64,000 nt of DNA from Vicugna vicugna (lineage: Eukaryota): NCBI GenBank assembly GCA_013265495.1, contig MU058384.1, forward strand, positions 4,015,239 to 4,079,238, in the 5' to 3' direction. Below, one piece after another: positions 38,426 through 51,252 of the stretch. A program made the position numbers and the translations under genes. A model generated the notes under the pieces. It searched no databases and was not told the origin of the DNA. It saw nothing but the letters and a program-made list of their open reading frames with translations. Position 1 is the first letter of the stretch. Each line of letters begins with the position of its first letter.

Positions 38426-39369
38426 ATAAATATCTTGTTAAGACTTTCTGCAGGATAAAAACCAATATTTTTAGTTAATGTAAATGTTAAATCTTATTGC
38501 AGAGAGAAAAATTTCATGACACCTAGTATAACTCTAAACATTTTCAGTATTCACTGAAAAAGCAATTTTGAAAAATCCACAAAGAAAGCTTCATTATGAG
38601 CCTCATTATGAAGTAATTAAGATACACTATAGTTCACCTCAAAGGAAAATCCAAGGACTAAGGACTTAAACCTTAGTCCTTAGTGCTCACTAAGGACTTA
38701 AACCTAAGGCTTATGCATTATAAATGGTTTGCTCTGTGCTGGCCAGGCAATGATCTTATTAGGCCATGAAAAGCCTCTTGCTTTTAATTCTTAGTAGCAG
38801 ATATGTCTCCACCTGGAACCAGTAACTCAGATCCGAAAAGGGCCAAATCAGCTCAGCAGTATGACCTCAGAGCCTTCTCTATCTTTAATCTTGCAAATCT
38901 AGAAGCTCCCCAAACCTAGAATCAAACTGGCAGGGATAAGCATTCTGTAGGATGCTGGGGCCACAGGAGGGCTGAAGCTACCATGTCATGATTCAGGAAT
39001 GCAGAATCTGGAATTCTGACCCTGTGTTTGAATGCTGACTGCACCGCTTACAAGCCATATACTAACTCCCCTGTTCCTGTATTCTCATTGGTAAAACAGG
39101 CATAATAACAACTACTCCCTAAGGTGAATAAGGACTAAAGGAAATGAGATGCGGAGAGCATTTATACTACTACTTGACATAAATATTAGCTATTATTGTT
39201 ATTGCTACTAATTGTACTATTATTATGATAACAAAAGGAAATCTAAAGCTATCGTGCCAGGCTTGGAGATACAGCATCTGAATCTGTGGGAGTATTTTGC
39301 AAGGATCCTTAGCTTGGGCAAAGAACATATTCCTGATTGTTTTGCCTTGGGTTTTAAAAGAAGATATAT

Positions 39370-41750
39370 ATTAAATTTTTGTATTGTGACATTCAATACA
39401 CATGCAGAAACACAGGTAAAATATAAATTATAGTTTAAGGAATTATGTCAAGTTTAACACCCATGTAAATCTCCTAGGTCAGAGAGAACGTTAACAGAAC
39501 CCCAGAAAACCTCTTCGTGCCCCTTCCAAAACACAAATCCTTCCCTCCTCAAAAGTAGCCACTCTTCTTACTTGAGTCAAATCACCTTTTTTGCTCTCTT
39601 TATGCTTTAAACCTAAGCACTATACCCGTGGTCTTGCTGTCTTATTATAGCAAATGTAAATAGAATCATACAGTGTATACTCTTTTGTTTCTGGTTTCTT
39701 TTGCTCAGAGTTACATCTGTAAGATCCCACATTTTATTTTTGTATTCCACTGGATGAAGATGCCCACAGTGTATATATTGTTTCTGCTCTTGATGGACGT
39801 TTGTGTTGTTTCCACTTTGGACTATTAAAAATGTCACTGCTACCCACACTTGTGAACACACGTCTTGGGGTGCTCTCACACACATTTTATCTACCTCAGG
39901 TGGAATTGCTTGATGACAGGAATGCAATTATTCAAGTTTAGTTGACAATGCCAAGGCATCTTCTGAAATCAAGGTACCAGTTTACACCCTAATCAACAAT
40001 GGTGAGAGCTCCTGTTACTCCATGTTCTCACCCCAAATTGATCCTAATAGACTTCTAAATTTTAGCCATTCCTGTGGGTCTAAAGTAGTGTCTGATCACA
40101 TTTCCTGGATTACCAGTGAGGCTGAGCACTTTTTAGTGGCCATTTGAGTATGCATGTCTCTTGCCCATTTTTCTTGTGAGTTTTGCCTTTTTCCTATTGA
40201 TTCTTACTGTAGTCTGCATGTGATTTTTTTCTTTCTTATGGGTATTGCAAATGTCTTCTCCCAATTTCAGACTCTTAATGGCATCTTTTGATGAACAAAA
40301 GTTCTTAATTTTAACATAGTTCAAGTTATCCATTCCTTCAGGGTTGTTTCTTTTGTGTGTCCTATTTTAAAAACCTTCCTAACCTTGAGGTCTTGAAGAT
40401 AGCCTACATTGTCTTTGAAAATCTCTATTGTTTTCCCTTTCTCAAGTAGGTCTTTGTCTGCCATAAAATACCTTGACTGGGTGACTTAAACTGTGGATAT
40501 TTACTTCTCACAATTCTGAAGGCTGGAAGACCAAGATCAAGGTGCTGGCATTTGGTTCCTGGTGAGAGCTCTCTTCTTGGCTTGCCAATGGCCATCTTCT
40601 TCCTGTGTCCTCACTTGACAGACCCTCTGGGCTCTGCACACTAATCCCATCGTAGGGGCCCCACCCTCGTGGCCTCATCTACACTAACCACCCCCGAATT
40701 CCATCACACTGGGGCCTTGGGCTTCAATGTATGATTTTGGAGGGGGACACAAACTTTTAGTCCATAAGAGTCTTACACTGGGAATTCATTCTTGTTTGCC
40801 ATCTAATTTAATATTTTCTCTTCTAGATAACCAATTGCCTGCACTATGTGTTGAAAAGCTCTCCGTTAGCAACTCCTCTGTGATACCAACTTTTGTCATA
40901 AATCAAATGTCCATTTTATCTCTTGGTCTGTTTTTTGGGGGGGTCTCTATCTTGTCCCATAGTCAATTTGTCTATCCTAAAGCCAAAAACCACATGGTTA
41001 GGGTATTCCCTAGTCCCCCTTTATTCTTCATTAAGTGGGTCTCAGACCTTTGCATCACTGTAGTGACTTTAGAACAAATTTCATTTTTAAAAACCTGTAG
41101 GAATTTTGTTTGGGTTTGCATTGAATCTGGAGATAAATTTTAGGAGAACTGATTTGTAATACTGAGTCTTCTGATCCACAAAAATGAGGTATCACTTCTT
41201 TCATTGAAATCTTCTTTCACGATTTCTCCCAGTAATGTTTTAGAGTTTAACTAGAGGTCTTACATGTTTTCTTTATTGTTTGATATTTCTTGTTAGATAT
41301 TTGATATTTCTTGATATTACAAATGATTTTTAAAGGTTTTTCTAACCAACCATTAGCTGCTGGTAAATAGCTATACAAATGATTTTTTAAAACCTACCTT
41401 GTATCAGCAATCTTGCTAGTTTTTAATAATTCTTGTTAGTTTTTAATAATTTATCTGCAACTTAAAATATTTCTCTGTATGCAGATTATTTGCAAAGAAT
41501 GAGTTTTATTTATTCCTTTCAACAGCATAGCTTTTTGTCATTTCTCTGGTGAGATGCATTGGCTAGGACCCCCAGTACAATGCTGAATAGAAGTGGTAGG
41601 AGGCATCCTTTGCTTGTTCCTGGCCTCAGAGCAAAAGCTTTAACATTTCACACTTAACAGTGTTTGCTGTAGAGTTTTTGTATATAGACTTTATCATATA
41701 AAGGAAGTTCTCTCCTACTACTCTACTAAAGTTTTTATCATGAAATGGAT
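39370..41750 (-). mobile_element. Degraded old L1 fragments interrupted by an MLT1-like LTR (~40455-40765)
   Basis: ORF 40133..40333 (IKNFCSSKD.IK) is an L1 ORF2 remnant. MLT1A-like words (cacaattctgaaggctggaagaccaagatcaaggtgctggca) occur inside it. Confidence 0.7.
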
Positions 41751-42189
41751 GGTACATAATAAGAGCGGTGATAAAGACTACAGAACAGAAATGCCTTATC
41801 ACTAGCCCTGTTATATCTCCAAATCTCCAGAAGGTGGAGGCAGCGAGCCACTAAGAGTTCAGCCTAAGGTTTCCTGCCTTCAAATACCTATTACCAGTTT
41901 GAATTGTGCAAAGAAGTTGGCCTTTTTAGCTATTTTAACCTCATTCACTAGTTTAACTTGTAGCATTTCCAGGCAGAAATAATATTCACAAAGGCATCAT
42001 TATGTAAGGGGTGCTGCTTCCCTGGTCTCATCTCACTGAGTTTGAACATTCAGGGTGCAGTCAATTCATGTAAATATAAAAATACCTTAAGGGGCTCTTT
42101 TGCTTTGAAATAAAAACAGTAGAATTCATTTGAAGTGACTAAACTCACACGATGGAATGAGTAAACAGGTGTAAGTGTATTGCTACACA

Positions 42190-42562
42190 TTTAGTCTTCT
42201 CAGCCTACCATACCAACATGCCATAGGCTGGACAGCTTGATCAACAGAAAAATTTCTCAGTTCTGGAGGTGGAGAAGTTAGAGATCAATGTGGTTGGGGT
42301 TTGGTTCCTGATGAGAGCGCTCTTCCTGGCTTGCAGCCAGCCACCTTCTTATTGTGTCCTCATAAGGCAAATAGGGAGAGAGCGCTCTCTGGTGTCTTTT
42401 CTCATTAGGGCACTAATCCCACCATGGGCCTCATTCTCATTATCTTATCTAATCCTTAATCCTTATCTCCAAAAGTCCTATCTTCAGAGACAATTACTTT
42501 GGGGGTGAGAGCTTCAACAAGTGAATTTGGGTGGGTTGGAGGGAACACACATTTAATCCATG
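42190..42562. mobile_element. MaLR (MLT1A-like) solo LTR
   Basis: cagttctggagg..gaagttagagatcaa...ggggtgagagcttcaacaagtgaatttggg...aacacacatttaatccatgaca resembles MLT1. Confidence 0.7.
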
Positions 42563-42929
42563 ACAATGAACTGCAGAGGATGGATGGTGGGTCTCTCGGG
42601 AAGAAACTAGTAAAAGCTCTCAGCCCTAATGAAGAGAATTGACCCATTTCTGATCACATCTATATTCTTTCCTTCACTGATCCTCTGCTGTGTATCTGAG
42701 ACTATTTTTGTCCTGTTCCATCTCCCCCGAACCTGGAGGATTCCTTTATTATTTTATTACCAAGGTCTTTATTACTCATAATATTTTATCTTCCTTCTAC
42801 CTACTTTTGAGCATCCCGTTAAAACAGAATTTTAACCATACTCTGGATAAGTGGGCTTATTTAGTGCACGAAACTGCAAAATCTAAGCCACTTACTCTTC
42901 TTAGTGTTTTGGGACAATAAAGCTTTACC

Positions 42930-44907
42930 ATTTTTTGAAAATTGAAATATAGTTGATTTACAACATTGTGTTAGTTTCAGGTGTACAGCAAAGTGATTCA
43001 GTTATATATTTCAGATTTTCCATCATAGTTTATATGATATTGACTAGTTTCCTGTGCTATACAGTAAATGCTTGTCGCTTATCTTATATATATTAGTGTG
43101 TGTCTGTTAATTCCATACTCCTAATTTATCCTTCCTCCTCACTCCCTTTCACCTTAAGTTTGCTTTTATGTCTGAGTCCATTTTGTAAATAAATTCATTG
43201 GTGTTATTTTCAGATTCCACATACCAGTGATATATTTGTCTTTTAGTTCACTTAGCATGATGACATCTAGTTCCATTCATGTTGCTGCAATGGCATATTT
43301 CATTTTTTATGGCTGAGTAGTGTTCCATTATATGTATCTACCACATCTTTATCCAGTAATCTGTTGATGGATGCTTAGGTTGCTTCCATGTCTTGGCTAT
43401 TATAAATAGTGCTGCTCTGAACATTGGGACACATGTATCTTTTCAAATTAGAGCTTGTCTTTTCTGGATATAGGCCCAGGAGTGAGACTGCTGGATTATA
43501 TGGTAGCTCTATTTTTACTTTAAGAGACCTCCATACTGTTCTCCATAGTGGCTGCATCAATTCATATTACCACCAACAATGTAGGAAGGTCCCCATTTCT
43601 CCACACCTTCTCCAGCATTTATTATTCATAGACTTTTTGATGATAGCCATTCTGATCCGTGTGAGATGATATCTCATTATGGTTTTGATTTGCATTTCTT
43701 TAATGGAGATGTTGAGCATCTTTTCATATGCCTATTGGCCATCTGTATATATTTTATTTGGAGAAATGTCTATTTAAATCTTCTGCCCATTTATTGATTG
43801 GATTATTTTGATATTGAATTGTATGAGCTGTCTGTAGATTTTGGAAATTAACCCCTTGTCAGTTGCATCATTTGCAAATTTTTTCTCCTATTCAGTAGTA
43901 GGAAGGGAAGAGAGAAAGTTGTCATTATATGCAGATGACATGATACTCTACATATAAAACCCTAAAGCTCTACCTAGAATAAATTCAGCAAGGTAGCCAG
44001 ATACAAAATTAATATAGAGAGATCTATTATATCTCTTTATACTAAGAATTTTTCTTAGTTTATACTAAACAATAAAATATCAGAAAGTAAAAAAAAAAAT
44101 TCTGTTTAAAATCACTCAAAAAATAAGATACCTAGGAATAAACCTAACCAAGGAAGTTGAAGACCTATACACTGAGAGCTATAAAACATGGATAAAGGAA
44201 ACTGAAAATGATTCAGAGAAATGCAAAGATATCCCATGCTTTTGGATTGGAAGAATTAATATTGTTAAAATGGTCATACAACCCCAAGCAATCTACGGAT
44301 TTAATGTGATCCCTATCAAATTACCCAGCACATTTTTCATAGAACTAGAATAAACAACTCAGATTTATTTGGAATCACAAAATACCCGGAACTACCAAAG
44401 CAATCCTGAGGAAAGAGAACAAAGCTAGAGGCATAACCCTCCCAGACTTAAGACAATAGAACAAAGCTACAGTAATCAAAGCATGGTATTGGCAGAAAAA
44501 CAGACATATAGATCACTGGAACAGAAATAAAGCCATGTGTCTATGGTCAATTAATCTCTTACAAAGGAAGCAAGAGTATACAATGGAGGAAAAATACTCT
44601 TTAACAAGTGTTGGGAAGGCTGGACAGCCTCATGTAAATCAATGAAATGAGAATACTCCCTCACGTGATATACAAAAATAAACTCAAAATGATTTAAAGT
44701 CCTTAAGATATGGTACCATAAAACTCTGAGAACATAAGCAAAACATTGACATAAATTATAGTGATATTTTCTTAGATCAGCCTCCCAAGGCAAAAGTAAC
44801 AAAAGCAAAAGCAGGTGGGACCCAATTAAACTTACAAGCTTTTGCACAGCAGAGGAAATCATAAACAAAACAAATAGACAACCTATGCACTGAGAGAAGA
44901 TATGCAC
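42930..44907. mobile_element. L1 with 5' inversion: 3' part on - strand (42930-~43898), inverted RT-to-C-terminal part on + strand (~43899-44907)
   Basis: The left arm is an L1 3'UTR/ORF2 end on the minus strand (ORF 43375..43560, [10 protein letters not shown]). The right arm starts at ttatatgcagatgacatgata (YADD) on the plus strand. Both arms break at the same ORF2 position. Confidence 0.88.
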
Positions 44908-45899
44908 AGCTTTTGTTATGGCTAAATTTTTAAAGTTCTTCTTGGGACCTTAAAGTTCACATGATTGTACTTGTTGGTCATGACTCTCTCTTATCACTGC
45001 CACATGAGAGGAAGTCGTTTCTGGAAAGGGGCTGTTCTCTCTGGCCGCTGCCTCTTTTCTTTCCCTTTTCTTGATCGATTTCTCCTTCTCTCTTCTTTCC
45101 CTCTTTCCCTGAAGAGTACATTTTTTTTGGATGGTGATCTTTCCCTGACTGTGTCCTACTGGGAGAACTGCCACCTCTTCTAATCCCTTCTGTCTCTCTG
45201 AAATTAGCATTTCAGGGCGAATCTCCACGTGGAAGGGAAGGCAGGTTTCCTGGAAGGCACTTGGCTTTCTTTCATCCTCACCTCACAGGGGTCTCTGTGA
45301 AGTTACCGGCGTGAATTCTATGTGGACGCCAGAGACTTGATTCATTTACAGACACAGAACCAGTCCTCTAAACCTTTGTTATTATTTTCACTACTTTTAA
45401 GTGTTTAATTACTTTTGGCTACCACTACCATTTATAATTAACGGTAATAATGGTGGTGGTACTAGTGGTTAACACATGGTGAGCTATTCTGTAACAAACA
45501 ACAGTGTTTTACATGTATTATCTCATTTGTATGTATGGATTCAGAACTTTTGGAGTTTTAGTTAAGAAATTACATATGCTATATAGTATGGAACATAATT
45601 AGCAGGTTCTGGGTAACAGTTTGTAATCAAATACATTTATGAATCTGCAGTGAAGTATATGAATATAGTAAATTGCAAAGAGGCTACATAAGTTGCCTCA
45701 AATCATTTTAGGTTAGGTTTGTGGCCACATATATTCAGGTTAGGTTGGGTTTTGGCACCAAAGACTCAGAAATTTGTGGTTTTTACAGATTTTTATTTTG
45801 GAACCACAGGTAAGGGAATTGTGAACCTACAGCGTAAGTGTTTCAGATGATAAAATTAAGACTAGAACATATTAGTAATGATCAGGAGGTACTAGTTAA

Positions 45900-48800
45900 G
45901 CATTTTTTCCTCCCACATCTGTACTTAGTTATTTAGCACTGTTTAAGACTTTTCCCTCATTTAATCATCTTGGTGACTTTGTTAATAATCCATTAACCTT
46001 ATATGTGTAGGTCCATTTCGAGGCTGTTTGTTCTATTCCATTTATCTATTTATCCTCACACCAGTGCCACACTATCATTACTGTGGTTTGCAGTGAAACC
46101 TGAGATCAGGTAGTGTAAGTCCCCTATATTTTTCTTTGTTTTGGCTCTTCTTGGTTCACTGCATTTTCATATAAATGTTATCAACTTGACCATATCCACA
46201 AGAAAGTTTGTTAGCTATTTGTAGATGTTATGATAGTGTACCTGGAAAACCTTGGACAATGATATCAGTAGCAGGATATAAAGTGAACGTGTGGAAATCA
46301 TTAGCCTTCATACAAACACTAACCAACTAGACATGACAGAAAATCCTACCCATAAGAAAGTGTTAGGGATACTCATTTATACATTTCTGATTAAGTGTAT
46401 GAGAAAAACTTTAAAACTCTTAAACAAAATTTTGTAAAAGGACCATCTCTCAAATTGATAGGCTAATGCACCATCATAAAGATGTCAGTTTTCCCTAGGT
46501 TTATTTATAAATTTAACTCAGCCCCTTCCCCCAGTTCTAGATTTGTGAACCTAGACAAGTCTGATGTCTAACTTCATGTGGCACAACGTGTAAGAACAGA
46601 GAAATACTAAAGAAAATTTGAGGACTAGCCCACTAGCCCTCCCATACTAAAAACGTACTATAAAGTCTCTATGAAGAAAACTGTGATAATAGCACATATA
46701 TTTACAGGCACATCAGTGAAACAGGACAGCAAGTCTAGAAACTGATCCAACTCACGTGATGTCTTTTATGTAGGGTGGCATTTTAAGTCACTGAGACTAA
46801 CATGAAATTTTAGTAAATGATGCTAGAACTGGTTGGCCGTTTGGAAAAAGTTGGATTTATGCCTCATACCATACATAAGAATAAACTCCAAATGGACTAG
46901 TAATCTGAACATAAAAAATGCAACTACACAAGGATGGAAGAAAACTTGAGTTAAGTCTTTACCTTAAGAACACCTTTCTAACTATGATTAAAAGTCCAGA
47001 TGCGGCAAAAGAAAAATGAACACAATTGGTTACATAAAACATTATTTCAGGGCAAAAATACAATAAATGAAGTCAGGCTGACAAGTTGCAATATCTGTCG
47101 AAGTTAAAGGTCAATATGCTTGATAAAGTGACAACTTTTTTTAAATGAAGAGCAAAAGGCATGAAATATAACAATTCATCCAAGAAAGAAAATAACCCTT
47201 CAACATGTAGAAGTGTTTGACCTTCCTCATAAAAGAAATCAAACAACATTGAGATATTATTTCTCACTTATTAAACTAGAAAATGCATAACGTACTCTTT
47301 TGGCAAAGCTGGGGGGAAATAGGCCCTCTTACATCACAGGTGGGATTTCAAAATTTGTACAATTCTCTTAGAGGGAATTTTGGCAATATTTAACAAAATT
47401 ACAGTTGCATTTACCTTTTCAGCCAGCGCTTTGCTGGCTCTCATGATTTTTAATGAGAAATCAGCTGTCATTTGTATAATTGTTCCCCTTTAGGTAATAT
47501 ATTATCTTTTCCTCTGGTTGCTTTCAAGATTTTCCTTTATTTATTTTTAGCAGTTTGATTATGATGTCTCGGTGTAGTTTTCTTTGTTTATAGTTCTTGA
47601 ATCTTTGTGTATGTGAGTTTCTTTGATCTGTGGACTGATGTATTTTATCATTTTGAAAGATTCCAAATGCTTATTTTGTTTGCCCTTTTCTTATTCTGGG
47701 ACCACAGTTACAAGTTAGGCCATTTGACAATGACTTACAGATCTCAATGCTCTGTTTCTTTCTCTTTTTTTGTTTTGTTTTGTTTGTGTTTTACCATAAT
47801 TTCTATTGACTTCAAGTGTACTGATGCCTTCCTCAGTTGTATTCAGTCTGCTGATAAGCCTACCAAAGTATTCCTCATCTGAGATTATTTTTTCATTCGT
47901 TGACTCTGTTACAGTTTCCATGTCTCTGCTAAAATACTCCATCTGTTTAATCATGTTGTCCACCTATTCAACTAGATCTAGTAATAATAATTTTTTTTTT
48001 TAAAAGAGTCCCTATCTGATAGTTCCAACAGCTTGGGCATTACCTGGGTTGGATTTTGACGATTTCCTCTTAATATGGTCATATGTTCTTTAACACATGC
48101 TGCATAATTTTTGGTGAAATACAGGATGTAGCATGTTTAAAAGTTGAAATAAACTTTATATCCAGAAAGGGGCATGTCTTTTTCCATCAGGATGTTAGTG
48201 TTGGAGGTTGAGTCAGTCTAGTCTGTAGTTGGGCTGGACCTGGGCCTTGTCATTCTTTTAGTTAAATTAAGCTCACCACAGGCTTTGAATTATTCAAGGG
48301 TTGCATCAAAACATTTTCTTTGGCATACTTGGGGCCTGTATGCCTAAAGGACTCAACTTAGTTCTTCTGTCCTGTTCCCACGTTGCAGCAGGCCCCGCAT
48401 TGTGCCTCAGTGGGATGGGGCCTCTCTCCCAGCTGCTCCTCTCCCAGCTGAGGCTTCTGATCATCAGTGCAAGGAGGCAAAGTGCCTGTGGGCTTATATT
48501 CTCTGGTTGTGCCCTCAGATTTCAGCAGGACATGTGCCTCAACCAGTGTATGTTTCAGCTCCATTTTGCTCCCAGTCTCTCCTGAGCACTGCATGAAAGC
48601 CCATGGAAAGGAGTTGAGTCTCCCAGGGATTTTAAATAGCCACGTCAGCCCACAGATCATCTTCAAAATCATGGTAAGTTCAGCTGTTTTCTCTTTACCT
48701 TCATCAAAGAAAGCTTCCTCCTCCCTGCATTGTCTTGTTCCCCATGGTCCCGTCCGAGATGAAAGCAGTTGTTAGGACATTTCTCTTCCAAGAGGGGCTT

Positions 48801-48900
48801 TTGCTTTTGGGGTTTGAATTAGGTCTTCAACCTTAGCTCTCTGGTGAGCTTTAAGTATGCTGTAATTTTTCATCTGTCTTCATCGGTAAAATGGGAGCAA
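45900..48900. mobile_element. Cluster of old L1 fragments (ORF2 on both strands; ORF1/5' region on - strand ~47430-48900)
   Basis: Minus ORF 47715..47963 (LISRLNTTEEGISTLE) is L1 ORF1 coiled-coil-like. The + strand at 46850-47300 has ORF2 C-terminal words (cataccatacataagaataaactccaaatgga). Confidence 0.65.
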
Positions 48901-49106
48901 TTTACAGTGCTCTTGTTTATACTTCCTAATGTGACTACTAGTGTATTTAAAATTACACGTATGCCTTTCATTATATTTGTATTGCTGTTCTATTCATTCA
49001 AGTTGCAGATATCCCACTCCCACTCCTTTACCCATAACTCTTTAGCATGCGTTTCCTACACAGAAATTCTTATATAGCTAATACAGGTTTTTTGTACTAT
49101 AGATCT

Positions 49107-49581
49107 TGTAGAAAAGATGAATGAGGCTGCCATTTCATAATGACTCTCTTTTAGCAAGAGTTTGACTAAGAGGGGGGAGGGTATAGCTCAGTGGTCGAGT
49201 TTAGTTTAATAGATAGGAGAGCTTACCCATCTGGAGCCCAGTCCTAGAGCGACACCCCACCATGAGCAGATGGCAGGCAGAACACAACAGCAATCTTCGC
49301 TTCCCAGAGGTGAAAGAGGCTACCACTTACAGGGGGATCTGACTTCAGGTTGGCTTATCAGTTACCAGGGAAACCAGTAAGGGCACATCCCTCACGACCA
49401 CTCAGGTTAAAGACCATCACGAGGACAGATGTTTCTCTTTAATAGAATAATTGATGCAGCCATTCTGAACTAAGGGGCGGGTGGCAAGTATGTTCATGTG
49501 AGTAGGGTGTAGGTAAAACTGGTCAAACAGGGACTGTACAAAAAGCAAGAGAAAACCCATCTTGAGTGGCCTAGGCATACA
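49107..49581 (-). mobile_element. LTR-like element containing a SINE head at 49172-49200
   Basis: TG...CA ends (tgtagaaaag...ggcataca) and minus-strand ATTAAA near 49205-49210. No clear TSD. Confidence 0.5.
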
Positions 49582-50317
49582 ATAAATATATAACTAAGAT
49601 CCTTGTATGGGCAGGGTGGCTTGAGAGGGGAGGTGGCTTTGATGACTTCCAAGACCCAAGAGTTATAGTTAAGTCTAAGGCAACATCAGATAACTCTTTC
49701 CTTAAAAGGCCAGATAGAAAATAGTTTAGGCTTTTTTTTTCCTATTTTTTTATTCTAGTTTTATTGAGATATAATTGACATACAGCACTATATAAGTTTA
49801 AGATATATAGCATAATGACTTGACTTATATACGTCATGAAGTGATTATCACAGCAAATTTAGTGAGCATCTGTCATCTCACACAAATACAAAATTAAAGA
49901 AATAGAAAAAAATTTTTCCTTGTGATAAGAACTCTTAGGATTTGCTCTCTTAACAACTTTCATATATAACATCCAGCAGTGTTCATTGTATTTATCATGT
50001 TGTATATTACATCCCTAGTACTTATTTATCTTATAATTGGAGGTTTGTACCTTCTGACTGCCTTCATCCAAGCCATACATTCTTTTTTTTAGAGTTAATA
50101 TTCTATTGTCACGTATCAGATGGCAATTGTGTATATAGTTTTCATATTTGATCTTTCCTTTTTGTAAATAAAAAAACTACAAGTTTTGAACAGCCAATGG
50201 CTGGTCAAGTCTTCAGAAACCATAATTAGATTAATTCATTAATGGTGGCTTCAAGTTTTTCCTTATTAACTCCAGAAAATTCACCTTCCTTTTGTCCCTT
50301 TTTTAAAAGACTGGAAG

Positions 50318-50460
50318 TGGGAAGTGTATCGCTCAAGCAATTAGCATGCACGAAGTCCTGGGTTCAATCCCCAGTACCTCCTCTAAAAATAAAAATTAAT
50401 AAGTAAACCTAATTACTTCCCTGCCCCAAAAAAAGAAAAGAAAGGAAAAAAAAAAAAAAA
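50318..50460 (+). mobile_element. Camelid-type SINE inserted in the TXN pseudogene CDS
   Basis: gtcctgggttcaatccccagtacctcctctaaaaataaa...A-tail. TSD aaaagactggaag (50305-50317) / aaaaacctggaag (50457-50469). Confidence 0.92.
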
Positions 50461-50762
50461 ACCTGGAAGGTTAGCATGCATTTGACGTCAGACTCTGAAG
50501 CAACATCCTGACAGTCATCCACATCTGTTTCAAGGAATACCACGATGGAATACGTTTCAGAGAGAGAATGAAAGAAAGGCTTGATCATTCTGCAAGGCCC
50601 CCACCACTGAGAAATCGACTACTAAGAGTTTATTTCCAGCACTGGAAGGCTTCCTGGAAAGCATACTTGCTCTGGATCTGCTTCGCCATTTTGGCTGCTG
50701 GGGTCTGACAACTGACCTTATGGTGGAAGCAATAGAGGAGGATCCGAAGCACGGGATGGAGC

Positions 50763-51252
50763 TGTGAACGAAAAATACTGCAAACCATATCAGTAAACAA
50801 AGAATGTTGAAGCCATTAAGTCATCAGCCACTGCCGCCACCCCCTCAGTGAAGACAAGCCTGCAGCCCAGCCTCTGCAGCCACTCACAATGGTGCACTCT
50901 GAGTGGACTCAGAATAATAAAGGACAAGATACTGGCCCTAGATAGCTAGATGCTTGTCAAAGGAATGAATTCAATGAGTCCAAATGTTTGCTTCCTCCCA
51001 TACATAGAAAAGCACTAAAAAGCACTAAATTCTTTAACTTGAGATGCCTGGTTTTCTTTAGATAATAAGTAATCTTTTATTGTTCCAACTACCTGATCTT
51101 TGTTGTAAAGCTCTTATATATCCTAGCTCCTCCCCTACTTCTTAGGAGCATTCCCTCAGAGAGATCTGAGAGGCTGTCATCCCGGCTCGAGTCCAACCAC
51201 CAAATAAAACATAACTCTCAACTTTTAGGCTGTGCATTTATTTTAGTCAACA
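50763..51252 (+). mobile_element. ERV1-class solo LTR
   Basis: TG...CA ends (tgtgaacgaaaaa...ttttagtcaaca) with a 4-bp TSD gagc (50759-50762 / 51253-51256). TATA-like sequence at ~51115 and AATAAA at ~51203. Confidence 0.85.
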
